The notes: generated from the sequence alone by a model not told the origin. 46,606 bases of DNA from Myxococcota bacterium (GCA_023150835.1 JAKLKB010000003.1:1-46606), one strand, 5' to 3'. Counted from the first letter of the stretch, positions 16,715-26,963 are shown. Numbers and translations are program-made.

Positions 16715-17855
16715 GATGTTGCTCCTTGGCTGAGGCGGTGGAGGGGGCTTCAACAAAGCGAAGAAAACGGTACAAGCCCAACAAGATCAGGCCCGGGATC
16801 ATCAGCGCGAACGATTTGACAAGCAAAGTGACGTTCATGTTGTAGTAGTACGCGGAAAGAAAGAACAGCAACGCCACAACACTCAAGCCCATTAAAAAGC
16901 GGTCGCGCTCTGCAAAGCCCAAGGTTCCGAACAATCCAGCGATCAAGACGCCCGGGGTGTTGTAGGAAAAGCCGCAAAACAGAAGCATCCCAAATCCAAC
17001 GACCCAAACTTCGGTGCCAAGGGCCTTTTGCTCACGTTGCAACAAGCGCCACGCCACCCCCAACCACACCACCCCGATGCCCACAGCAGAAGGGATCCAC
17101 GACAAGACCCGAAACTTTCGGCTGACTTCTGGCAAGGCCGAAAAGATCAAGACACACACCAACGACACCGCGATACCGTTCCCAAGCACACTCCAAAGAT
17201 TCTCTTTCGTTCCCAACCAGCCGCGCTCTCCGAACCAAGGAAGAGACTCGTCGCCTTGAGAGTGGCCCGAACGCATCCACCAACAGATCGGAAGCAAGGC
17301 TGCGTACACGATCACCAAGACATGGATCGCGTGAGGTTGTTTCTGATGGATCACTCCAAACAGCGCAGTACTCCCAAATAGGACTGCCAAAAAACGCAGA
17401 ACGAGCGATGTGTTGAACAAAAACATCACGGTCTGCAAAACCACCACGATCAGTAAAAATTGAACGAGAGCATCGGAGCCTGACAACGATTTGGAAAGGC
17501 CAAAAAGCATCAAGATCTGACCGACGAGACTGGCCGCGATCATCAGTTGTTCAATGAAGTCACCGAGCCTTTGGCGCAACAAGTAGGCCGCCACAAGACA
17601 AGCCGCAGCGCCAAAAACAAAAGCTGCGCCGTGGTGTTTGTAGATCTCGGTGACTCCCAAAAAGATCGAGAAAAAGATCGCGGCGAGCCAAGCACCGATC
17701 CCTACCAAAAAGCGAACATACCAAGGAGTCGAATCGACCGCCTGCAACAGACGTTGTGAGAGCTTTTCTTCGGTCGCTGTATCCAAAAGCTGATGCTCGC
17801 GCCATCGCTCCAAAAGCTGCTGCCATCGTTTCTTTTCGTTATTTGGATTGGGCAT
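16707..17855 (-). CDS. DUF4401 multi-pass membrane protein
   Basis: PWYVRFLVGIGAWLAA, many TM segments, FLSAYYYNMNVTLLVKS; typical position between DUF2157 and GDYXXLXY. Confidence 0.85.
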   Translation of the reverse strand: MPNPNNEKKRWQQLLERWREHQLLDTATEEKLSQRLLQAVDSTPWYVRFLVGIGAWLAAIFFSIFLGVTEIYKHHGAAFVFGAAACLVAAYLLRQRLGDFIEQLMIAASLVGQILMLFGLSKSLSGSDALVQFLLIVVVLQTVMFLFNTSLVLRFLAVLFGSTALFGVIHQKQPHAIHVLVIVYAALLPICWWMRSGHSQGDESLPWFGERGWLGTKENLWSVLGNGIAVSLVCVLIFSALPEVSRKFRVLSWIPSAVGIGVVWLGVAWRLLQREQKALGTEVWVVGFGMLLFCGFSYNTPGVLIAGLFGTLGFAERDRFLMGLSVVALLFFLSAYYYNMNVTLLVKSFALMIPGLILLGLYRFLRFVEAPSTASAKEQHHA

Positions 17856-18855
17856 GGTGATGTACCTTTCGCAACAAAAAGGCCGCAAGGGCCACTTCCG
17901 CGATCACAAGCAAGCTCAAAAAGAAAAAGGTCTCTAGCCCGTCTTTCATCCAGCGGCCTACAAACACCGTTGAAACCACCACAAAACTCAGGGCGACCCC
18001 CACCAACGCAAACAGATCTACGCGGCGGAGCGCATACACCCACACCAGCAGCGGCATTCCAAGGACATAACCAAGCACCCAAAAAGGCCGAAAATGCGGG
18101 AGTTCATCGTGCATATAGCGGCTTTCCGTGATGACGAGGACCATCGCCGTAGATAGAGCATACAGGATCACGATCAACAACATACGAGGCACCCATCTCA
18201 CGGGGGTTTGCAACCACGGAAAGCGACGAATAGAGAGGTATTCCCACACGGCCAAGGCCACCGCATTCATCGCCATCATCGCGGATAATGCGGAAAGTCC
18301 ACCCAGACGATCTGGGATGACTTGAGCGCAAAACAACACGACCGTCAAAAGAACCAACACCCACCACACAAACCACGCAGCCGCAAGACGGCTGATCAGC
18401 ACCCACCCAAACACCAACAAGAACCATCCCAAAAACAACGTGAAGGCATCAGCCCCTGTCTGATACGTCTGCCCATACACCGCCAACAGCGGCCCCACCA
18501 ACAAGATCGCCAGCAACAGCGAAGCCTGCCCTCCAAGCTTCTCCAATCCCCGCTGCCAAGCGATCAACGCCGCCCCAAGGATCGCGATCTCCAACAGGCC
18601 GAACTTCACAAAACGCCCCATATTGGCCCAGTTGTAAGCAAAGAAAAAGATCACCCCCGCCACCAACAAACCGATGCCTAAAAACAAAAACACATACGAC
18701 ACAAACGCCCGCCATGTGATCCACGACGCACGTTCTTTCCCGATCCATTCGAGCGCATCCGTATGCGCTTCTTTCGACAAAAGACCTTCTTTTTCAAAGG
18801 CATCCAACTGCTCTGCCTTCACTTCGGTTCGTAACGCCCATGCGATATCAGCCAT
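17839..18855 (-). CDS. DUF2157 membrane protein
   Basis: GVIFFFAYNWANMGRFVKF, LLAVYGQTYQTGADAFTLFLGW. Confidence 0.9.
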   Translation of the reverse strand: MADIAWALRTEVKAEQLDAFEKEGLLSKEAHTDALEWIGKERASWITWRAFVSYVFLFLGIGLLVAGVIFFFAYNWANMGRFVKFGLLEIAILGAALIAWQRGLEKLGGQASLLLAILLVGPLLAVYGQTYQTGADAFTLFLGWFLLVFGWVLISRLAAAWFVWWVLVLLTVVLFCAQVIPDRLGGLSALSAMMAMNAVALAVWEYLSIRRFPWLQTPVRWVPRMLLIVILYALSTAMVLVITESRYMHDELPHFRPFWVLGYVLGMPLLVWVYALRRVDLFALVGVALSFVVVSTVFVGRWMKDGLETFFFLSLLVIAEVALAAFLLRKVHHHAQSK

Positions 18856-18879
18856 CGCGTCTTCCCTCCGTTGTTGTCC

Positions 18880-21321
18880 TCAAGGAACGATCTTCCCAAA
18901 AAAGAGATCAAATCCCAAGGGCTTATCTTTTCCATCAAAACGAGCGCCTTGGTATTCGACAGCCCCATCAAATGACGCAGCATAAAAGAGGCTGTCTTCC
19001 CCATCCACAAAAAAAACAGGCAGGCTTTGCAGAAAAAGACCGAAATTTCCGCCGATCTTTTGAATCGAATCAACCCACGTCGGCTCTCCGCTCATGGAGA
19101 GGCGCGAAAGGAAAATACTTTCTCTTTGTGTGTTGAGTTCTTGTTTTCCAAAAGTCATCTTTTTTGCGAAACGGCCCGTCATGTGGGGATTTTCTTTGGA
19201 GTCCAACAGAATCCCCAACGCTTCACTGCCCGCCTCTCCAACAAATGCTTTGCTCCAAAGCGCTTTACCTTGCGCGTCGAGGCCGACAACAAAAGCGTGT
19301 GCGTCGCTCGTTGGAGCCAAATGTTCAGGCAAGAGATCGACTTGCAGCTTTCCTCGAAAAGAACCCGCCACAAACACCCGTCCATCCGAAGCAACAGCGA
19401 TTCCACCGAATCGATCGTTTTCCTTTCCACCCAACGCACGCAGCCAAACCACCGCGTGTTGCGCGTTTAATTTCATCACAAAGATATCCGTGTCGGTAAG
19501 AGACTTCGAGGTGACGATCTGAGATCCCTCAGCAAAAATGCTTTGGAATGCGCCCGCCAAAAAGAGATCACCATTGCGTGCGAGATGGAAGCGTGGCCGT
19601 TGCATCTCACTTTGAAATCCTCTGATGGACAAAGCTTTTCCTTCAGCATCAAACTTCGCCAAAAAAAACGTTTTTGTCAGACCCGCTGAAGCAGCGCACC
19701 TTGGAGCATTTGCGTCGGCTCCAAGCTTTGTCTCAGACCCCACAAACCCTCCCAAAAGCAACAGCGTCCCATCCTCCGCAAGTTGGAGTTGATAGGCTTC
19801 TTCTTGGCTTGTCGTTCCGTACGATCTCGCCCACAAGATCTGACCATCCCGATCGATCTTCAACAAAAAGAGGTCTGTCCCCCCCGCTGCTTGTAGGCGT
19901 TGGCCGCCCTCCAAAAGATCTGTCTTGTAAGCCCCTGCGATGTAGCAATGCTCCAAAGCATCACAAACCACGCCTGCTGCCTTGGCAAACCCTTGTGAAC
20001 GAAGATGTTTGCTCCATCCCACCGCGCCTTCTTGGTTGAAGCGGACGACAAACACATCACTCGATTCTGTAAGCGTACCCGACTGAAAACTATCTTTTCC
20101 AAGAATTACCTTCCCCGAAAAATCGCCCACAAAGACCAACGATCGAGACGATTTGAGATAGCCAAACCCCCTAGGGACGGCCTCTGGAACGATCGTGTCG
20201 GCGAGGTATTGCGTCTGCATCAAGTTCATCCAACTGCAATGCTTTTGTGGGCAAGAGCAAACCCCCTTCTGGCAAGTCTTTTGAAAAAAGCAGCGGTTCC
20301 CACACGCGCCACAATGCCCACGGTCGGTCTGTAGATTCGCGCACTGGCCGCCGCAATCCGTCGGAGAATCCACACCACAAGTACAACGTCCCCCACTACA
20401 GACCTCGCCTGATTCACAGGTTCGACCACAAGCCCCGCAATTACGGGCATCACTCAACACATTGAAGCAGCGCTCTCCACAACAAGCCTCTCCTTGGAGA
20501 CAATCGGCTTCCTCACGACATGGCTTAATCGGAGAGACACAGACCATCTTCCCTTCGTCCGTTTGTACAGGGATCTTTTGACCGACGCACTCGCTCCATA
20601 CCCCTTCTGCCAAGCAGGTCTGTATGCCCTCTTTACACCCCGACTGTCCGATGGTTTTGGTTGGCCCACCATAACACCGCTGCGTCGACTTCGATTCGCA
20701 GCGACAACCTTCGTCGATCAACCCGTTGCAATTGTTGTCCAAACCATCATTGCAACGTTCGGAGATGGACAAGATCTGATCCAGACAAGGCCCCCACAAA
20801 AAATCATCTGCACAATACTGATAACCTGCTTGGCAAATACCTGTATTTAACAAAGAAAGATTCCCAGAAAAGCAGCTTCTTTTTTCTCCCGGGGTCGCAC
20901 ACTGGCACGATGCGCTCAATTCATCGTTCTGGCCGTTACAATCGTTGTCAAGACGATCACACACTTCTTTTTGAGGCAAGATCTGCCCCAAGCAAGGTGA
21001 CCAGACCCCAGAAGAAAGGCAGATCTTCTTCCCGCCACGACAAAGCCCCACATCCAACGTGCCCGCAGGCCCTTCATAACAAGATTGTTCTTGTCCAGCC
21101 TCGCACACCGAGGACTGGCAACGACCGCTCAAGCAATAGACCAACGGGGCACTGGCAGCGCAATCGCTGTGTTGAGAACAAGGTCTTTCTGCTTTTTCTA
21201 GGCATCCAGAAAAACACATCCCACACAACAACACACCCAACCAACCCCACCGCAAAGCCGGTCCCAACCCTCGCAACAAGCCTCTTCCCAACACGCCCGA
21301 TCCAACATCTTTATTTGCCAT
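18880..21321 (-). CDS. Cys-rich lipoprotein with DNDCNG-type metal-binding repeats, Stigma1-like Cys repeats and a C-terminal SBBP-like beta-propeller
   Basis: Lipobox FSGC; EVCDRLDNDCNG, ERCNDGLDNNCNG; DARNCGACG, DRGHCGACG; repeated D(V/L/I)F(V/L).K/R....G...W units. Confidence 0.8.
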   Translation of the reverse strand: MANKDVGSGVLGRGLLRGLGPALRWGWLGVLLCGMCFSGCLEKAERPCSQHSDCAASAPLVYCLSGRCQSSVCEAGQEQSCYEGPAGTLDVGLCRGGKKICLSSGVWSPCLGQILPQKEVCDRLDNDCNGQNDELSASCQCATPGEKRSCFSGNLSLLNTGICQAGYQYCADDFLWGPCLDQILSISERCNDGLDNNCNGLIDEGCRCESKSTQRCYGGPTKTIGQSGCKEGIQTCLAEGVWSECVGQKIPVQTDEGKMVCVSPIKPCREEADCLQGEACCGERCFNVLSDARNCGACGRTCESGEVCSGGRCTCGVDSPTDCGGQCANLQTDRGHCGACGNRCFFQKTCQKGVCSCPQKHCSWMNLMQTQYLADTIVPEAVPRGFGYLKSSRSLVFVGDFSGKVILGKDSFQSGTLTESSDVFVVRFNQEGAVGWSKHLRSQGFAKAAGVVCDALEHCYIAGAYKTDLLEGGQRLQAAGGTDLFLLKIDRDGQILWARSYGTTSQEEAYQLQLAEDGTLLLLGGFVGSETKLGADANAPRCAASAGLTKTFFLAKFDAEGKALSIRGFQSEMQRPRFHLARNGDLFLAGAFQSIFAEGSQIVTSKSLTDTDIFVMKLNAQHAVVWLRALGGKENDRFGGIAVASDGRVFVAGSFRGKLQVDLLPEHLAPTSDAHAFVVGLDAQGKALWSKAFVGEAGSEALGILLDSKENPHMTGRFAKKMTFGKQELNTQRESIFLSRLSMSGEPTWVDSIQKIGGNFGLFLQSLPVFFVDGEDSLFYAASFDGAVEYQGARFDGKDKPLGFDLFFGKIVP

Positions 21322-21480
21322 GAATTTCCCCGATGGTGGTTGCTCTTCTCAAAAAAAAGACCACTCTATGTTTTCCTGCCCTGCCTAGAAAACAGCAGGG
21401 AAGACGATTTGCTTCTTGGCATGACGGAACATACTCCCACATGCTTATCAAAAAAAGCCCAAAACTGCAAAGGACGATCT

Positions 21481-24453
21481 ATGTCACGAGCGATCACCCC
21501 CGCCGCCACCCACGACGCCGAAACCGCCTTATACGGATTCCGTATCACCCAAGTGACCGTCATCGAGGACATCAAAGTCCGCGCTTATGAGGCCACGCAC
21601 GAAAAAACAGGCGCACAAGTCCTCCACCTCCACTGCAACGACGAAGAGAACTTGTTTTCCGTCGGTTTCCGCACCCCTCCCCCCGATTCAACGGGCGTTG
21701 CGCATATCCTCGAACACAGCGTTCTCGCAGGTTCCGAAACCTACCCAGTCAAAGATGCCTTCAATGAACTCGGCAAGCGCACCCTCAACACCTTTCTCAA
21801 CGCGATGACATGGCCCGATCGCACCGTGTACCCCGTGGCTTCGGCGGTTCGTGCAGACTACTTCAATCTTGCCCGTGTATACGCTGATCTGGTGTTTCAC
21901 CCGCTGCTGCGAAAAGAGACCTTGCTTCAAGAAGGCCACCATCTCGAACTCGCCGATCCAGACGATCCGAACAGCCCGTTGATCATCAGCGGCATCGTCT
22001 ACAACGAGATGAAGGGCGTTTATGCTTCTCCTGAAAGTCTTGCCTATCGCGCCATCCAGCAAGAACTTCTCCCCAACACTCCTTACGGACTCGATTCGGG
22101 CGGAGATCCCGACAAGATCCCCGATCTCACCTACGAGGCCTTTGTCGACTTTCACCGACGATACTACTCCCCCTCAAACGCCCGCTTTTTTCTCTACGGC
22201 GACGTACCGCTCGATCAAAACCTTGCCTTTCTTGCCGAAGTACTGGCTCCTTTTGAGCGCGTACGAGTGGACTCTTCTCTTCCTGCACAACCGCGATTTA
22301 AGGAACCACGCCAAGTCAACGAGTCCTATCCTGTCGGTGATGACGAGCCTTTGGAGAAAAAAACCTTTGTCTCGTTGTGCTGGTTGGTGGGCGAGACCGT
22401 CGATGTTTTGGATAACTTGTTGATGGAGATCGCGATCAACGCCATCTATGGGACTTCTGCGGGTCCGCTGCGCAAGGCTTTGGTGGACTCGAAGCTTGGT
22501 CAAGATCTCTTCCCTTCTTCGGGCTTTGACAACGATATCCGCGAAAGCATTACACACGTCGGACTGCGTGGAACCGATCCCCAAAAGGCCGAAGACATCG
22601 AAGCCTTGATCTTTTCAACGCTGCGCCAGATCGTCAAAGAAGGCATCGATCCTGCGTTGATCGAAGCAACCTTCCATCAGATCGAGCTTTACGGCAAGGA
22701 GATCAACCCACCTTTTCCGATCATGCTGATGATGCGCGCCAATCCACCGTGGTTTTTTGGCGGCGATCCCAAGTCTGGGCTGACCTTTTCGACCTTGATC
22801 GAACAAGCCCGCGCTGCCTACCAAGCCAAGCCGCGCCTGTTTGAAGAGATGTTGCGCGAGCGCCTTATCGAAAATCCCCATCGCATCCGCTTGATCTTGC
22901 AACCCTCCAACACGCTCGCCCAAGAAAAACAAGCCGCCTTCCAAGCCAAGATGGCTGAACGCAAAGCCCAACTCAGCCCCGCTGAGATCGAATCCATCCG
23001 CCAAGAAGCCCTTGCCCTCAAAGAGTCCCAAGAAGCGCCGCCCGATCCCGAAGCCCTCGCCACCCTCCCCCAACTCGACCTCCACGATATCCCTCGTGAT
23101 GTCCGAACCATCCCCACCCAGATCCACTCGCTCGAAGGGGTGGAGATCGTCGAACATCCGCTGTTTACGAATGGTCTTGTGTACGTCGGTCTATCTTTCG
23201 ATATGAGGGATATCGCCGAACAGCACATCCCCTATCTCCCGCTGTTTGGGCGCGCCACCGTAGGACTTGGGGCAGCGGGCTTCACCTACGATCAGATGGC
23301 CGTCCGTATCGCCCAACACACGGGCGGTTTTGGAGCAAGCCCCACCGTTGGCCGCCACCTCCACAACCACGCTCCCTTTCAGCGCGTCCTGCTTGATGGA
23401 AAGTTCCTCCCACGCAACACCGACGAATTCTTTTCTATCCTGACGGATCTGCTCACCGCCTCCAACACCCGTGAATACGAGCGCCTGCGCGATCTGATCC
23501 GCGCTGCTGCCAGTCAAGCGCACAGCCGATTGATCCCGAGCGGCCACAACTTCGCCTATCTACGGGCCGCCGCTGCCTTAGACTTCACCCACTGGCGGCG
23601 CGAACAATGGGAAGGCACCACACAGATCCAATTCCTCCAAGGTCTTGTTCGCCGTCTTGACGAAGAGACCGAAGCGATCGCTCTACACATCGCCGACCTC
23701 CAAGCCCAGATCTTTGTGCGCAACCGCTTGCAGATCCACATCGCCGCTGATCCAGAGATCCTTGACGAGATCCACCCCCGTCTATCGGCCTTCTTGCGCG
23801 ATCTCCCCGCAGGCTCCCACGCGATCCCCACACCACCACCTCATCTCGATCTGCCCCGTCACATCGGTGTAGAGATCCCCGCAGAAGTCAACTACGTCGC
23901 GCAAGTCCTCCAAATGCCCGATATGCTTGATGCACGCGCCCCTGCTTTCGAGATGCTGGCCGAAGTCCTTTCCAACGATCTGCTCTATCAAAAGATCCGC
24001 GTTCAAGGCGGAGCCTACGGCGGTTTCTCGTTCTACTCAGGCGACTCGGGCTTGCTTCCGATGATGTCCTACCGCGATCCCAATCTGATCGAAACCCTCC
24101 AAGTCTTCGCAAACGTCGCTGAATACGCCAACTCCGACGCCATCAACGACGAAGCCATCGACGCTTCCCGCCTCGGTGCGGTCGGTGCGCTCGACCGTGT
24201 GCTTGCCCCCAAACAACAACTGGATGCGGCTCGGCGGCGGATGCTGCTCGGTATCACAGACGAGGATCGCCGTCGCTTCCGTATCGGTCTCCTTGAAGTC
24301 GACGCTCACCAAGTCCGCCAAGCTGCCGCCCTTCTCACACAAGCCACACAACACGCCACCACCGCTGCCCTTGGCGCTCGTGCCCGTCTCGAAGAAGCCA
24401 ACGCCCGCCTGTCTTCTCCCCTCACCCTCGTCTCCATCTCACCCAAATCCTAA
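21481..24453 (+). CDS. Insulinase family M16C metallopeptidase (presequence protease PreP-like)
   Basis: TGVAHILEHSVLAGS (HxxEH), TFLNAMTWPDRTVYP, GIVYNEMKG, SGGDP, IRVQGGAYGG, SYRDP. Confidence 0.93.
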   Translation: MSRAITPAATHDAETALYGFRITQVTVIEDIKVRAYEATHEKTGAQVLHLHCNDEENLFSVGFRTPPPDSTGVAHILEHSVLAGSETYPVKDAFNELGKRTLNTFLNAMTWPDRTVYPVASAVRADYFNLARVYADLVFHPLLRKETLLQEGHHLELADPDDPNSPLIISGIVYNEMKGVYASPESLAYRAIQQELLPNTPYGLDSGGDPDKIPDLTYEAFVDFHRRYYSPSNARFFLYGDVPLDQNLAFLAEVLAPFERVRVDSSLPAQPRFKEPRQVNESYPVGDDEPLEKKTFVSLCWLVGETVDVLDNLLMEIAINAIYGTSAGPLRKALVDSKLGQDLFPSSGFDNDIRESITHVGLRGTDPQKAEDIEALIFSTLRQIVKEGIDPALIEATFHQIELYGKEINPPFPIMLMMRANPPWFFGGDPKSGLTFSTLIEQARAAYQAKPRLFEEMLRERLIENPHRIRLILQPSNTLAQEKQAAFQAKMAERKAQLSPAEIESIRQEALALKESQEAPPDPEALATLPQLDLHDIPRDVRTIPTQIHSLEGVEIVEHPLFTNGLVYVGLSFDMRDIAEQHIPYLPLFGRATVGLGAAGFTYDQMAVRIAQHTGGFGASPTVGRHLHNHAPFQRVLLDGKFLPRNTDEFFSILTDLLTASNTREYERLRDLIRAAASQAHSRLIPSGHNFAYLRAAAALDFTHWRREQWEGTTQIQFLQGLVRRLDEETEAIALHIADLQAQIFVRNRLQIHIAADPEILDEIHPRLSAFLRDLPAGSHAIPTPPPHLDLPRHIGVEIPAEVNYVAQVLQMPDMLDARAPAFEMLAEVLSNDLLYQKIRVQGGAYGGFSFYSGDSGLLPMMSYRDPNLIETLQVFANVAEYANSDAINDEAIDASRLGAVGALDRVLAPKQQLDAARRRMLLGITDEDRRRFRIGLLEVDAHQVRQAAALLTQATQHATTAALGARARLEEANARLSSPLTLVSISPKS

Positions 24454-24474
24454 CACCGCCTAAATCTTCTTCGA

Positions 24475-25152
24475 TCACCCGAGATCTTCTTCCTTGACAT
24501 CATACACAACGGGTTGTGCGCGATAATCTTGAAGTTTTTTCATCCCTTTGAGCGTGCGCGCCAGCACTTTTTGCATCACTTGGTAGTTTGGAAGCTGGTG
24601 GCGGCGAAAGAGTGCGTATCCGCTCCACATCAGCTGTGCGCAGATATCCACGGGAACTTGCCCAGTTTGCGCACCAAGCCCGGGGATGGCCACCGAACGG
24701 ATCGGATCTGCGGGGTGTTTGTCGTTGTGGATGTGGATGGCTTGAAACGCCGCAGCGCAAGCCAACGCAACATTGACGGTTCCGCTGATGTCTTGGGCGG
24801 ATTCGTTCATGGTAGGTGTGGAGATCAGATAGCGCGGGATCTCCGCCCCCGTCTCCACACAAGTCGCACAACCCACCGGCAAAAAGCCATCGAATTGTTC
24901 CGCGATCGCGAATTGTACGCGCTCTTGGATGATATCGCCAAAATGCTCCACCAACACCCGATCCAATCCCCCGTCCATCTCGCCATGCGAGTTGGTGGGC
25001 GTCACCCAAGCATCGACCTCTTGCCGCAAGATCGAACCGTGACGGATCTCCAACTCCAACTCATCCAACGTACCCTCTCGCGCCAAAAATACTTCGCGCC
25101 AAGCCTTCATCATCTCTCGGTTGAGATCGATCAACACCACTTTTGTTTTCAC
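24475..25152 (-). CDS. Macrodomain protein (ADP-ribose binding/hydrolase, Appr-1-p processing type)
   Basis: HGSIL, VDAWVTPTNSHGEMDGGLD (N-x6-GG), YLISTPTM, SVAIPGLGAQTG; GTG start 25152 with AAGGGAGG RBS. Confidence 0.88.
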   Translation of the reverse strand: MKTKVVLIDLNREMMKAWREVFLAREGTLDELELEIRHGSILRQEVDAWVTPTNSHGEMDGGLDRVLVEHFGDIIQERVQFAIAEQFDGFLPVGCATCVETGAEIPRYLISTPTMNESAQDISGTVNVALACAAAFQAIHIHNDKHPADPIRSVAIPGLGAQTGQVPVDICAQLMWSGYALFRRHQLPNYQVMQKVLARTLKGMKKLQDYRAQPVVYDVKEEDLG

Positions 25153-25228
25153 CGCGAACCTCCCTTCGGATCGGCCTTTCACGCCTCATCCATCCATGTC
25201 CGACACAGCCTCCACCGCACCGAACCGC

Positions 25229-26683
25229 TCAGTACCATACGCGACCACCGCGAAACTCCACAAGATACGCCAGTTTCTGCTGTTTCTCGTCGTATACCAC
25301 AAACTCATCGTCTTCGAATTCCGTCCCGCGAACTCCGTGACAACTATGATACCCCTTCGGTGGAGCCTTGATACCGTACGTGATCTCTTCGTATTGCTTG
25401 ACGTGACCCAGCGCAACTTGGGCGATCGCCATGATCGAAGTTCCTTTTTTTCCCGCCGAAGTATAGCCCGAACTCGTACAAGCAGCGTTCCCAAAATACA
25501 TACCGCTCCCCAACCACCCTTCGTCCGTACGACCCACACCAAGCTTCACCACCACCTTCGGCATCAAGAGACCCCGCGACAAGATCCCCACCCAGTTTTG
25601 GATCCGCGAGCCATGAAAAAGCAGTTGATCGTTTCCGATATCGGCCAGATAACGGGCCTCTTCTTCGGGACGCGACACTTTGTAGATCTGCAAGACTTCG
25701 ATATCGTCCGTATCCACTTGGCTTTCCAATACCAAATCCTTGATCTTTTTGTGCTCGCTGCTTTTCGCCTCGATCGCTTCGACAGAACAGCCCAAAGCGG
25801 CATACTCTTCTTCTTCCTTCGCCTCGTGCAACAAGCCGCTCTCACCGTTGACGCGCAACATATCCTTCATCAATTGCAACGTCTCTTGTTTGGTTTGGTA
25901 GTTGTTTAAATCGCGGATAATCGCGGCTTCAGCAGCTTCACGGCTCCGACCAAAACGGTGCGGGATCACGGTGTAAAAAGCACTTGATAAATCGCGCAAG
26001 GTTTCCGCCACTTTCGGCGTCTGCTTTTTCTTTTGGAGCTGTTTGTAGATATCACCAAGGATCGATTCTCCCTGCTCGATCTGTCCGATGGTGAGGACAC
26101 CAAGAGGCGTCTCGATACCATGCGCGGTCACTTTGGCCTGAACACGCGAAGTCAGCGCTCCCACCGCTTCGTCGTACAGATAACGCACCAAACCACGCAC
26201 GGTCTCCTCCAGTCGCGGCAACGAAACTTTCGGCTCAGCGGGCTTTTCAACCTCGTTCACTTCGATCCGCTGCAAGGTCTTTTCGTCGACCTCGCCGCTG
26301 CTGCTTCCTCGTGCTTTTTGTGAGCCGATCTTGCTGCTCGCCAACGCCACTTCGCGGTAGCCTTTGCGCGCCGAAGTCTTTTCTTTGTAGATCTGATCGT
26401 ACACCGCTTCCGCTTCGGGCTTGCTATCGAGATAACGACACTCTTTCTGCCCGCTGTCTGGATTGTTTTCCAAATCATCTGTGCGGCCATAATGCGTAAA
26501 AACCCGAAACGCTTGACCTTTTTTGATGGCTTTCGCGTGATGCAACTCGATGGCGTAATACTTGTTTCGATTGGTCTTGATATCCGTCACTTGCAACACG
26601 GCCTTCTTGAGGATCTCGAACTCTTCTGGATACTTCGGTTGCCCTGCGTCATCCCACTTCCACGTCACCACTCGAACCGCCAT
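25229..26683 (-). CDS. Poly(ADP-ribose) polymerase family protein: WGR + PARP regulatory + catalytic ART domain
   Basis: WGR-like TDIKTNRNKYYAIEL...THYGR; regulatory TPLGVLTIGQIEQG...LSSAFYTVIPHRFG; catalytic LLFHGS, GSGMYFG, VALG, FEDDEFVVY; ATG 26683 with AAAGGAG. Confidence 0.93.
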   Translation of the reverse strand: MAVRVVTWKWDDAGQPKYPEEFEILKKAVLQVTDIKTNRNKYYAIELHHAKAIKKGQAFRVFTHYGRTDDLENNPDSGQKECRYLDSKPEAEAVYDQIYKEKTSARKGYREVALASSKIGSQKARGSSSGEVDEKTLQRIEVNEVEKPAEPKVSLPRLEETVRGLVRYLYDEAVGALTSRVQAKVTAHGIETPLGVLTIGQIEQGESILGDIYKQLQKKKQTPKVAETLRDLSSAFYTVIPHRFGRSREAAEAAIIRDLNNYQTKQETLQLMKDMLRVNGESGLLHEAKEEEEYAALGCSVEAIEAKSSEHKKIKDLVLESQVDTDDIEVLQIYKVSRPEEEARYLADIGNDQLLFHGSRIQNWVGILSRGLLMPKVVVKLGVGRTDEGWLGSGMYFGNAACTSSGYTSAGKKGTSIMAIAQVALGHVKQYEEITYGIKAPPKGYHSCHGVRGTEFEDDEFVVYDEKQQKLAYLVEFRGGRVWY

Positions 26684-26793
26684 CGCCAACTCCTTTCGTT
26701 TCTCAAACACCGACAACGCCCTTCGCTCTGTCGTACGCTTGGCTCTCTTTCTTGACGCATCCTGACACACTCGCGTAAAAAATCAAATCCATA

Positions 26794-26963
26794 GAGGACT
26801 TACGCGGTGGGGTTTGTTTGGTGGGGTTTTACCCCACGCCCCACAAGGGAGCCCGGCTCCCTTGACCCCGCATTGGCGAAGAGATCACAGGTTTTTCAAC
26901 CAGACGACCCTGTCGCTTGAGCTTGTACGAACACGGCTTTTTTGGGCAACTGCGTAAGTCCTA
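26794..26963. mobile_element. MITE family A, intact 170-bp form
   Basis: gaggacttacgc...gcgtaagtccta terminal inverted repeats around ccccacgccccacaagggagcccggctcccttgacccc. Confidence 0.85.

Noticed and set aside
24475-26683. Calling the PARP-macro pair DarT/DarG or PARP/PARG
   Set aside because: The ART has WGR and regulatory domains that DarT lacks; the macrodomain has no DarG-type C-terminal domain and no PARG GGG-x6-8-QEE signature
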